Source: a virus (Duplodnaviria > Caudoviricetes). Taken from it: a stretch of 64,000 bases of DNA. Both the position numbers and the translations under genes were made by a program. This document shows, piece by piece, positions 1-8,354 of the stretch. How positions within the stretch are numbered: position 1 is the stretch's first letter; every line of letters starts with the position of its first letter. The stretch is from positions 1,873 through 65,872 of IMG/VR virus record IMGVR_UViG_3300037067_006220. One strand, written 5' to 3'. The notes beneath the pieces were generated by a model. The model ran no database searches, was not told the origin of the DNA, and saw only the letters and a program-made list of their open reading frames with translations.

Positions 1-40
1 CTGCAAGTATTGCCAAGCAAATGAATGGGGGTAAGTAGTT

Positions 41-424
41 ATGGAAAGTACCGAAGACCAACTGGCGGAATTGGTGAAGCGGCAGGGAAAGAAGATTGAG
101 GAGCTAAGTAATAAGTTTACTTGTGACTCTTTGATAATATCTGCCAAAAATGAGGCCATTACCTCATTAAGTAATGAAAATGAAAAGCTTAGAGAGGAAA
201 TTAAGCTCCTGACTCACTTTGGTCCCAAAGAAACTTGTGTCCATCCAGACTGTATTGAGCGAAGAAATCTCAAGGCCGAGAACTCCTCCCTCTCCACACA
301 GGTTGAGAGATTGGAGGAAATGCTAAAGAGATGGACGCATGTAGATTATGTCCCTACGTCCAGTGCGATTATGTTGGATACACAGATGCTCCTCAATAAT
401 AAGAAGGCGAGGGATTCCAAATGA
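41..424 (+). CDS. hypothetical coiled-coil protein
   Basis: ATG ORF abutting the next gene (ATGA overlap). Confidence 0.65.
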   Translation: MESTEDQLAELVKRQGKKIEELSNKFTCDSLIISAKNEAITSLSNENEKLREEIKLLTHFGPKETCVHPDCIERRNLKAENSSLSTQVERLEEMLKRWTHVDYVPTSSAIMLDTQMLLNNKKARDSK

Positions 425-630
425 TAAATCTAACCGAAGCACAGGAATATCTTAGCGATATACCAGAAGCTAGAATCAAGTCGGAATGCCCCGACCTTCC
501 CGAAGCGATCTGGTTGCTTAGGGAGGCGGAATATATAATTACCGAGCTTCGCGAATTAGCCCCATACAGCAACGGCAAGCCGGTAGTGTTTGACTTAGCT
601 GATTTGTGGCTTTCGGAGGTGCAATTATGA
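421..630 (+). CDS. hypothetical protein
   Basis: ATGA overlaps at both ends. Confidence 0.65.
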   Translation: MINLTEAQEYLSDIPEARIKSECPDLPEAIWLLREAEYIITELRELAPYSNGKPVVFDLADLWLSEVQL

Positions 631-1031
631 AGTGCCCGAAGTGCGGGAGTGAAAACGATAAATATCTGGCATCCATAAAAACACACAAAGACTGTTATCA
701 ATGTTCTATTTGTGAATGTTATTGGACTGACTGGCAGCAAGCCATCATCGACCAACAGAAGGTGGAGATTAATAAATTAAATGATCGGATGGTACAGCGC
801 CGCCAAATAGCCCTGAATTTAGTTTCTCTTTATAAGGGTCACGAAAACGAACTCTCCCGCCTCCATGGAATCCTGCGGGAGATCATAAAGAATCCAGTTA
901 TGACTACCTCAGTTAAAACCTTATTAGAAATCCAAAGCATCTATTGTACCCGCAGTCTTATGGCTGCTTATAAGAAAGGGTTTTCTGATGCTGCCGAGAT
1001 CGCACGGAAAGGGCTTGGGAAATGTGGCTAG
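627..1031 (+). CDS. Zn-ribbon protein (CPKC...CSIC)
   Basis: Start moved to ATG 627 (GGAGG SD at 615-619); two CxxC pairs. Confidence 0.65.
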   Translation: MKCPKCGSENDKYLASIKTHKDCYQCSICECYWTDWQQAIIDQQKVEINKLNDRMVQRRQIALNLVSLYKGHENELSRLHGILREIIKNPVMTTSVKTLLEIQSIYCTRSLMAAYKKGFSDAAEIARKGLGKCG

Positions 1032-1096
1032 ACGATGAGGGCATGTATTACAAAATATGTATTGCTGGCAAGGATAAGAAAAAGGAAAGGACTGAA

Positions 1097-1354
1097 ATGA
1101 AATGTTCTAAATGCGGAGCCACTAAACTTAAGGTCATCAAGGAAACAACTTTCTGCTGTATGTCATGCGGCAGGGTGATTAGACCCTCGCAACCGTCTGG
1201 AATTGAATCCCTCCGATCCCGCTTGAAGGACGCGGAGGATGCACTGAGGGAAATATCCGATAGGGCAGACTTTCAATCTGGTGATTTTGAGAGAGCATCT
1301 GCGTTTACTGCAAAAGCCTACTTCGCCAAATATCCCGACGCGGAAAAGGAGTAA
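1097..1354 (+). CDS. Zn-ribbon protein (CSKC...CMSC)
   Basis: AAAGG SD before ATG 1097; alternative start 1022. Confidence 0.6.
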   Translation: MKCSKCGATKLKVIKETTFCCMSCGRVIRPSQPSGIESLRSRLKDAEDALREISDRADFQSGDFERASAFTAKAYFAKYPDAEKE

Positions 1355-1355
1355 C

Positions 1356-1583
1356 ATGATTACCAAAAAGTCTTTGTTTTATTGTTTAATTGTTTGCTTC
1401 TGGATGGCATTTTGGATAGGAGCCGCAGTTCAAATTGTGGGACAACCCCCATCTATGAAACCGAACGAAACGTTTGGTTATGGTATTGTTGCCTTCGTAG
1501 TTATATTTATTGCAATACCACTATATTGCGGCTTTATGATTGGTTGTGAGATTGGAAAGGGAAATCATAATACCAGTCATTAG
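1356..1583 (+). CDS. small two-TM membrane protein
   Basis: ATG 1356 right after upstream stop; two hydrophobic stretches. Confidence 0.65.
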   Translation: MITKKSLFYCLIVCFWMAFWIGAAVQIVGQPPSMKPNETFGYGIVAFVVIFIAIPLYCGFMIGCEIGKGNHNTSH

Positions 1584-1604
1584 CAAGCAGGAAGCTTAAA
1601 TGTT

Positions 1605-1679
1605 ATGGGTTACATGATATTAAGTTTTTGCATACTTATAACGATACTATTTATCATATATCTTAAACGAATGGACTAA
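1605..1679 (+). CDS. 24-aa hydrophobic peptide MGYMILSFCILITILFIIYLKRMD
   Basis: Translated by hand; fills the gap in a tightly packed operon. Confidence 0.4.
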   Translation: MGYMILSFCILITILFIIYLKRMD

Positions 1680-1694
1680 TAGGTTATTACGCTT

Positions 1695-1766
1695 ATGGAA
1701 TGGATCATGTTTATTGTGGAAGTGTTTGTGCACGTAGGCAGGGCAGTGAAGGGGTTATTTAAGTGA
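1695..1766 (+). CDS. 23-aa peptide MEWIMFIVEVFVHVGRAVKGLFK
   Basis: Translated by hand; AGGT SD; stop overlaps GTG of next gene. Confidence 0.4.
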   Translation: MEWIMFIVEVFVHVGRAVKGLFK

Positions 1767-2047
1767 AAACACGGGTGGTGAATGTCCGATATGAAAAATG
1801 TGAAATTTACTGCGGACGTGGCTCAAAACTAGGCAATCCATTTACACATTCGAGCTTAGCAAACACGAAAGCGTTATATCAAGTAGCTACCCGTGATGAA
1901 GCGGTAGATTGCCATCATTTATGGTTTCTAGCACAACCTGAATTAATGGCATGCTTACCGGAATTAAAAGGACACGTACTTGGCTGTTATTGCAAGCCTG
2001 AACGATGCCATTGTGATACGATAGCGGCATTGGCGGATTTAACATAA
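1763..2047 (+). CDS. DUF4326-family protein
   Basis: IYCGRGSKLGNPF and LGCYCKPERCHCD motifs. Confidence 0.8.
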   Translation: MKTRVVNVRYEKCEIYCGRGSKLGNPFTHSSLANTKALYQVATRDEAVDCHHLWFLAQPELMACLPELKGHVLGCYCKPERCHCDTIAALADLT

Positions 2048-2061
2048 AGTGGTTATCTTAA

Positions 2062-3468
2062 ATGAATTGTCCAAACGGTTTTAAGTGCATCGGTGGTGAT
2101 GGGCCAGTAAACGCTGAAATTATGTGCGTCGGTGAGGCACCAGGAAAAGTGGAAAGCTATACTAATATCCCACTGACCGGACCTACAGGCTTAGAGTTTA
2201 ATCAAACGTACTTGCCGTTAGCCGGACTGAAGCGTGAAAATGTGTACGTAACAAATACGGTTAAGCATACCAGCACTATAAATAGGAAGCCGACTGAAGC
2301 TGATATTAAAATGTGCGTGGAGTGTAAGCTTCGAAGTGAACTATTAAAAGTCAAACCCGAAATAGTAATTCTTATGGGTGCAACTGCATGTAGTCTTATA
2401 AGCGACATTGACTTGGATACAAGCCATGGTGTGCCGTTTCAAGGTGAGTTATTTGGCTGGGAATACATAATTGTCCCCATGTGGCATCCGGCGCTCGGGC
2501 TGCATAAAACCAATGCGATGACCGATTTGATTGATGACTGGACTAAATTTGGTGAATGGCTTAAGTGGCGTGAAGCGGACAGCCTAGGTGTGCTTGTGGA
2601 TAACGGACCATATCCAATTGATAATCAGTTCTTTTTTAGGGACTATCAGCTTATTAAGTCAGTACGTGATATAGCCGAATATTTTGACGATGCTGGTGGG
2701 TATCCTAAATTAATTGGTGTCGATACTGAATCCCATGGCTCGGTAGACTTCAGTGTGCAATTCAGTTTGGCTCCTGGATCAGCCCGTATGGTGCTTTGTG
2801 AAGACTTAGGGCTTATGGATGAATGGCAGGCATGGATGAACGAAGCACTCGTGTGTAATAGTGAAATCGTGCTTCATAATGCCCCTGCGGATATACCAGT
2901 ATTGAATCGTTTGGGTTTAAGTGAGTTTCCATACCGTGATACCATGCAGGAAGCGTATCAGCTTTGTAGGTATCCTCAAGCATTAAAAGCACTTAGCTAC
3001 AGGCTTTTAGGCCGTAAGCGCAAATCATGGTCTGAAACAGTAACTCCACCAAGCAAGCTCGTATTGCAGCAATGGTTATTAGAATCAATAACTTACGCTG
3101 AAAATAACCTAACATACTGCGAAAAACGCTGGAGTAAGTCAGGTAAACCTATTAAGCCAAAAGTGCACGTGTCGCCGGTCGAAAAGGCACTGAAATCGTT
3201 GCTAGGACACTCCATAAGCTCCGAAAGCTACGATGTATGGGGTAAGTTAAGGGAGAGGGTGAGTTCGGCTGACTTGGGGCTGCTGGAGGAAGTTTTGGGG
3301 CAAGAAGTGCCAGTGAAAGGTATAAAATATTGCAGTCTTGAAGAACAGTTGTACTATTCTGCCAGTGATGCGGACGATACGCTTGCGTTGGCATTGGAAT
3401 TCGAGCGGATCAGAAGTTTAGGCGTAGACGTGAATGAGGATGACTACGATGCTGTACGGCGGGATTAA
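2062..3468 (+). CDS. Family-4 uracil-DNA glycosylase domain fused to PolA-type 3'-5' exonuclease domain
   Basis: GEAPG and WHPA UDG motifs; ExoI GVDTES, ExoII HNAPAD, ExoIII YSASD. Confidence 0.85.
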   Translation: MNCPNGFKCIGGDGPVNAEIMCVGEAPGKVESYTNIPLTGPTGLEFNQTYLPLAGLKRENVYVTNTVKHTSTINRKPTEADIKMCVECKLRSELLKVKPEIVILMGATACSLISDIDLDTSHGVPFQGELFGWEYIIVPMWHPALGLHKTNAMTDLIDDWTKFGEWLKWREADSLGVLVDNGPYPIDNQFFFRDYQLIKSVRDIAEYFDDAGGYPKLIGVDTESHGSVDFSVQFSLAPGSARMVLCEDLGLMDEWQAWMNEALVCNSEIVLHNAPADIPVLNRLGLSEFPYRDTMQEAYQLCRYPQALKALSYRLLGRKRKSWSETVTPPSKLVLQQWLLESITYAENNLTYCEKRWSKSGKPIKPKVHVSPVEKALKSLLGHSISSESYDVWGKLRERVSSADLGLLEEVLGQEVPVKGIKYCSLEEQLYYSASDADDTLALALEFERIRSLGVDVNEDDYDAVRRD

Positions 3469-4897
3469 GCTTCCGGGTTGTCCCGATTTTGAAAACGTCC
3501 GCAAACTCGATTTATTGCCGATGCCCGCGTTGATGGAGATGATGAAGTATGGGTTCGCTATCGACCGCGACCACATGCACGTGATTGGTGACAAGCTTGC
3601 TGTGGAAATGGCCGAATTAAAACTGGAGATTTGCAGCTACATACCCGAAAGCAAACTTGAAGAATTCATAGCCAAAAGCAATTTAGACGACGACTCGGCT
3701 ATGAATGTAGACTCTAATCAGCAGCTATGTGAGTTGTTATTTAATACGCTCAATATTGGTCACGGGCGGGAGCTTAAACGTACTAAAAGCGGTACGCATA
3801 TAAGTACCGGACGGCGGCAATTGGAAAAGTTGCGTATCGACCATCCCGTGATCGGAAAGGTGTTGAATTATCGTGAGTGCGCGAAACTCAAAAATACATA
3901 TGCCGACAACCTTCCAAGCATGGCTGTCTTACATCCAGCGGGAAGGAATTGTAATATCTGTGGATTGCACCATCATGCCGACACATACCGGATACACACG
4001 CAAATACTCAGCACTCGTACTGCCACCGGGCGCTATGCCAGCAAAGACCCTAATTTACAAAACATCCCAATCCGATCTCTCCTTGGAGCAGCTATACGGG
4101 CAGGATTCGTAGCGACCCCTGGGTGCGTGTTGCTGTCGGTTGATTACAGCCAGATAGAATTACGTATGCTGGCATTTGTAGCATGCGTGAAAAAACTAAT
4201 CGAAGTGTTTTTGCATAATGGCGACCCGCATACCGTCACAGCTATGGAAGCGTTCGGCATAACGGAAGCCCAAGTGAACGCGGACAAGATACGCTATAGG
4301 AACCCTAGTAAGAATGTAAATTTTGCCGTGGTATTCGGTGAGACAGCTTTGGGATTATTTGAGCAGCTAGTAGCTGATAGTTACGGCAAGGCTGGTATTC
4401 CGGTGCCTGAGTGGTTGACGCTTGAATGGTGTGAGGAATTTTTACGCAAATGGTTCGATATATATACTGAAGTGCGCGAATACATGGAGCTTCAAGCATA
4501 TAGAAGCTACCGTTACGGCATGGTGTGGGACATGGTAGGTAGGATACGTTTAGTGCCGGAAGTCAAGAGTGTCCATAAACGTATTGTAGCTGCTGGGTTA
4601 CGCCAAGCTGGTAACATGCCGATACAAGGGCTTGCGAGTGAATTGATTAAGCTGGCGATTGCGGAGATTCAGGAATTTGTTATAACTGAAGTCCGCTCGC
4701 AAGGCATACATTGCATACCGTTGCTCACGGTGCATGATGAAGTCATATACGAAATCGACGAATCATGGGGTGGGGTGATTAAGGAAATAGTGGAAGGCAT
4801 TATGGGTAATGTGTTGATTGACAAAGACACAGGTGAAGATTATTGTACAGTGCCGATTAAGGCAGAAGGTAAAATTATGCAACGGTGGGAAAAGTAA
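3449..4897 (+). CDS. polA: DNA polymerase family A, polymerase domain
   Basis: Motif A DYSQIELR, motif B KNVNFAVVFG, motif C HDE; GAGG SD supports ATG 3449. Confidence 0.95.
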   Translation: MLYGGIKLPGCPDFENVRKLDLLPMPALMEMMKYGFAIDRDHMHVIGDKLAVEMAELKLEICSYIPESKLEEFIAKSNLDDDSAMNVDSNQQLCELLFNTLNIGHGRELKRTKSGTHISTGRRQLEKLRIDHPVIGKVLNYRECAKLKNTYADNLPSMAVLHPAGRNCNICGLHHHADTYRIHTQILSTRTATGRYASKDPNLQNIPIRSLLGAAIRAGFVATPGCVLLSVDYSQIELRMLAFVACVKKLIEVFLHNGDPHTVTAMEAFGITEAQVNADKIRYRNPSKNVNFAVVFGETALGLFEQLVADSYGKAGIPVPEWLTLEWCEEFLRKWFDIYTEVREYMELQAYRSYRYGMVWDMVGRIRLVPEVKSVHKRIVAAGLRQAGNMPIQGLASELIKLAIAEIQEFVITEVRSQGIHCIPLLTVHDEVIYEIDESWGGVIKEIVEGIMGNVLIDKDTGEDYCTVPIKAEGKIMQRWEK

Positions 4898-4898
4898 C

Positions 4899-5174
4899 AT
4901 GGCGGATTCTCAATCGGTCAGAGCGCGTAGGATGCGTCATAAACATAGGGCGGCATTAATTCAGCTTATGGGTGGAGAGTGTGTATTATGCCATACGACT
5001 GAAGACCTTGAATTCGACCACCCGCATGGTAGAGATTGGGGTGATCCTAAACATGTAGGAAGTACAGCAAGAATTAAGAGATATGAAAAAGAATATGCGG
5101 AAGGGAAATTAAGACTATTGTGTTCGGACTGCAATAAACGCACACCACCGGATCGTGAGGATGTACCTTTTTAA
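4899..5174 (+). CDS. HNH endonuclease
   Basis: CVLC...LEFDH...LLCSDCN; start at ATG 4899 after pol stop. Confidence 0.8.
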   Translation: MADSQSVRARRMRHKHRAALIQLMGGECVLCHTTEDLEFDHPHGRDWGDPKHVGSTARIKRYEKEYAEGKLRLLCSDCNKRTPPDREDVPF

Positions 5175-6124
5175 ATAAGCTTCTCATATAATGGATTCCC
5201 TGCTAATTCAGCTTCAGGATTTAAGCTAAAACACAATTCTTGATGTGGGCATACATACGGGCTATCACATGAGCCACGTGACATAGGAAGTTCATACCAC
5301 GGTACAGTATAATTGCTTAATATACCCATAAGTTCATAATTCAAATCACGCTTTAAGTTCAACACATGCACATCGGACGGCTCGGTAATATTAATATGCT
5401 GCACTAAATTATCAAGTACATTATCTTCTAACATCTGATCGACCCATGCGCTTGCATCCATGTCGATATCATCGGCAAAATAGATAGGCTTCCAATTGTC
5501 CGATAATCCATTACCGGACTTTTTTTGGAACTTATACATATTCATAGCTGGTGACTTGTATGCTTTACACCATGGCGATACATGGTGGTCGTGATCGCGG
5601 CGACCGATAGATACCATGTGTAAAGTCATAGGCATACCGCTTAAAGCTAAGTCGGCAAAAAGTTCCCATGAGTGGGTTTCGGTAGTGATCGTATCGTCAT
5701 TAATATAATCCACAAACCGCCACCTATGCAATACGCCTGAATCATCCGCTTGCGATAAAAACATCCATGAAAAGTCAGCACCATACGCAAGCTTAGCGGG
5801 TTTTTTAAGCGTCAACAATATAACTCGGCTAAGATATTCGATTTGGGTTTTAATCATGGCTGCATAGTCCATGGCAAGTTTGTAGGTATTGACACCTTCT
5901 ACTTGTAATAAGCCGGGTTGCTTGACGTTTTGCAAGAACGTATTTACAGCGTTCATGGTTACAAGCTGCTTTTCGACGCCGGTAGAAAGTGCCATGATTG
6001 CGCTTCGCATGGTAGCGGAAAATAGCGTATTGGGGTGCCAAAGTAAGTAGCGGTATTGACGCTCAAGCTGGTAGCGGCGTTTGCATTTTTGCCATAAGCT
6101 GATTGAGTGTCCGTTTATAAGCAT
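5171..6124 (-). CDS. Cas4/AddB-like PD-(D/E)XK-fold protein, probably degenerate
   Basis: N-terminal SISLWQKCKRRY plus C-terminal CDSPYVCPHQELC (1+3 Cys Fe-S staple pattern). Confidence 0.55.
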   Translation of the reverse strand: MLINGHSISLWQKCKRRYQLERQYRYLLWHPNTLFSATMRSAIMALSTGVEKQLVTMNAVNTFLQNVKQPGLLQVEGVNTYKLAMDYAAMIKTQIEYLSRVILLTLKKPAKLAYGADFSWMFLSQADDSGVLHRWRFVDYINDDTITTETHSWELFADLALSGMPMTLHMVSIGRRDHDHHVSPWCKAYKSPAMNMYKFQKKSGNGLSDNWKPIYFADDIDMDASAWVDQMLEDNVLDNLVQHINITEPSDVHVLNLKRDLNYELMGILSNYTVPWYELPMSRGSCDSPYVCPHQELCFSLNPEAELAGNPLYEKLI

Positions 6125-6138
6125 AGGAGCTTATATTA

Positions 6139-8343
6139 TCATTCTTTTTCACGATTTGCAATCATGCCGGTAGCAAGCGGGCGGGCGGATTTAGCAGCAA
6201 CCGCAGAAGGTGATATTTTGCGCTTAGTACCTAACTTGGCAGGGGTGATATTAAGCTTCACACTTGGGGGTGCTTGGAAGTTTTCATAAGTGCGATAAAT
6301 TTGTAGCTGTTTGGTTAAGCTTTCTTGGGCAGCTAAAAGCTGTGAACGCAATTCAGCAGGCAGCTTAGGGTCTTTTAAGCGTTTGGTAATGTCAGCAAGT
6401 GTTTTGACGGCTATAGCTGGATCGGTGGTACGCATGACACCAGGACCGGAAATATTTAATTGTCCTATTTCACGCGGCGGTTCAGCGTATGTCCATTGAG
6501 ATTCAGTAACAGTTTCAGGGCCGGTAAATGCACGTTCTGGTAAGGCTGCTTGTGTAGAGCCTAACTGGTCGGCACGTGCTTTGGAGGGTGTCATTTTACC
6601 ACGAACGCGCTCAGGAATAGTTTCAGCGGTCACGCCTAATTGCTGGCGCTGACGGAAATGGCTTGTTCCTTCAGGCGGCGGTTGGGGTCCAAGGGGTTCA
6701 TGGCGCTTATATGGGACTTCTTTGGTGCCAGCGTAATTTTTAATAGAACCTGATACTTTGGTTTCGGATAAGTTTTCGAGTACGTTATTACCGGATGGCA
6801 GGGTGAATTCAAACTTTCCAGCTGGTGAAAAATTACCCGTAGTAGAAGGTAATTGACGATTTATTGGTGTACGAAATCCCGTACCTACTTCCAATCCGAG
6901 CTGTTCAGGTACAAAGTCGGGAGCAATATCACCAAGGGCTTGTTTAAATAACTGATTAAACTCACCCATAGGAGAAAGTTCCATGTTTAATAGTCTACGT
7001 GCGACATGAGTTTTATATAATGATCCTGATTTAACTCGGCTGAAATACCCTTTAGCCGCCCATTTTGCTTGCTCAGGCACTATTTTAAAATACGTGGTTG
7101 CCACTCCATCACGCATGATAATTGCAGCAGATTCACGAGTTCCAAGTTCAGCAATATTACTGGCACCCCGAGACTCCAAGTATGGGTACAAGTGCTGCCG
7201 TATTGCATCGCCTAATTCACGATAAGCTGAAACAACATGGGCTGGGGCTTCTATTTGTGCTGCTTGAGAACTACTTAATAGTTTACTGGTTTCGTGATTC
7301 GCATAAACTTTTAGCTCATTTAATTCTCGTACTGTAGGAGGTTTGGTTTCTACTTTATCAATAAGTTTTTGCAATGCACCCGCAGCAGCGTCGTCTAGAG
7401 TGTTGCTAAGTTCATTTTTTAAAGTAGCTACGATAGCATCACGAACTTCAGGTACTTTATCGGAGGCATAAATATTAACAATACCGTCGATAGGCTTTTG
7501 CATATTTTTAACGGCAAGATCCGTTACATCAAGAGCAGCTTTTCCGCCGGGTTTGATACGGCCCATAGGATCGGACTTATTCCATTTTTCAGTTGCTGCG
7601 AATATATCAGGAGATATATTAAGTTGTTTTGCTGCTTGCTGAAGTGCTGGACGGTTTATAATTGCAGCACCCGTCATTACGTCTACGTTATCAGGCATGT
7701 GTATTGGTGATATCCCAGCAGCCTTTAAAGGCTTGAAAGTTGGACGGATCGCGCTAGGATCTATTAAAGCTGTAGCTGATTCGGCAGACTTTAAATTTAA
7801 AGTGTTATTTGGTATACGTTTTGTAGCTTTACCAATACCACCAAGTAAAAATCCGACAAGCGGTATACCAGCGTATGCTATCATTGCTGGTAATATTGAA
7901 CCGCTTTCAGCCATGATTTGTTTAGCACGATCTGGATCACCATCCATCAACGCAGCAGTCGTATCGGCAAATCGTTGCATGACTGGTTTATCGGTAGGTT
8001 CTAGCATTTGCTGCTTGATAGGTTCGGTAATCATGTTCGGCGGGGGTGTGTAGTCACCGCGCATCATGTCTACAGCACCACGCATGCCTTTGATGGCTGC
8101 TACGGGCGTAAGTGTTTCGATGGCACCTTTAGCAAGCTTACCGGCTTGGCTAATAGCTTCCTTGCCGGTTTCATAAGCTGTACCAAGTAAACTTTTCTCC
8201 ATGGGCGGGTTAGCATGCGGTGCTATACCAGGTCCAGGTACGGGGTGTAGGTATTCATGCACAGCTTTATCCATTACATCATCGGGCGTGTCGTCGGGAA
8301 AACGTAATACATCACCGTTTGCTAATCGGGCTTCTCGGGGCAT
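6139..8343 (-). CDS. putative internal virion/ejection protein
   Basis: Last large gene of tail block, Ala/Pro-rich, position typical of podovirus ejection genes. Confidence 0.6.
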   Translation of the reverse strand: MPREARLANGDVLRFPDDTPDDVMDKAVHEYLHPVPGPGIAPHANPPMEKSLLGTAYETGKEAISQAGKLAKGAIETLTPVAAIKGMRGAVDMMRGDYTPPPNMITEPIKQQMLEPTDKPVMQRFADTTAALMDGDPDRAKQIMAESGSILPAMIAYAGIPLVGFLLGGIGKATKRIPNNTLNLKSAESATALIDPSAIRPTFKPLKAAGISPIHMPDNVDVMTGAAIINRPALQQAAKQLNISPDIFAATEKWNKSDPMGRIKPGGKAALDVTDLAVKNMQKPIDGIVNIYASDKVPEVRDAIVATLKNELSNTLDDAAAGALQKLIDKVETKPPTVRELNELKVYANHETSKLLSSSQAAQIEAPAHVVSAYRELGDAIRQHLYPYLESRGASNIAELGTRESAAIIMRDGVATTYFKIVPEQAKWAAKGYFSRVKSGSLYKTHVARRLLNMELSPMGEFNQLFKQALGDIAPDFVPEQLGLEVGTGFRTPINRQLPSTTGNFSPAGKFEFTLPSGNNVLENLSETKVSGSIKNYAGTKEVPYKRHEPLGPQPPPEGTSHFRQRQQLGVTAETIPERVRGKMTPSKARADQLGSTQAALPERAFTGPETVTESQWTYAEPPREIGQLNISGPGVMRTTDPAIAVKTLADITKRLKDPKLPAELRSQLLAAQESLTKQLQIYRTYENFQAPPSVKLNITPAKLGTKRKISPSAVAAKSARPLATGMIANREKE

Positions 8344-8354
8344 AATGGATAGTC

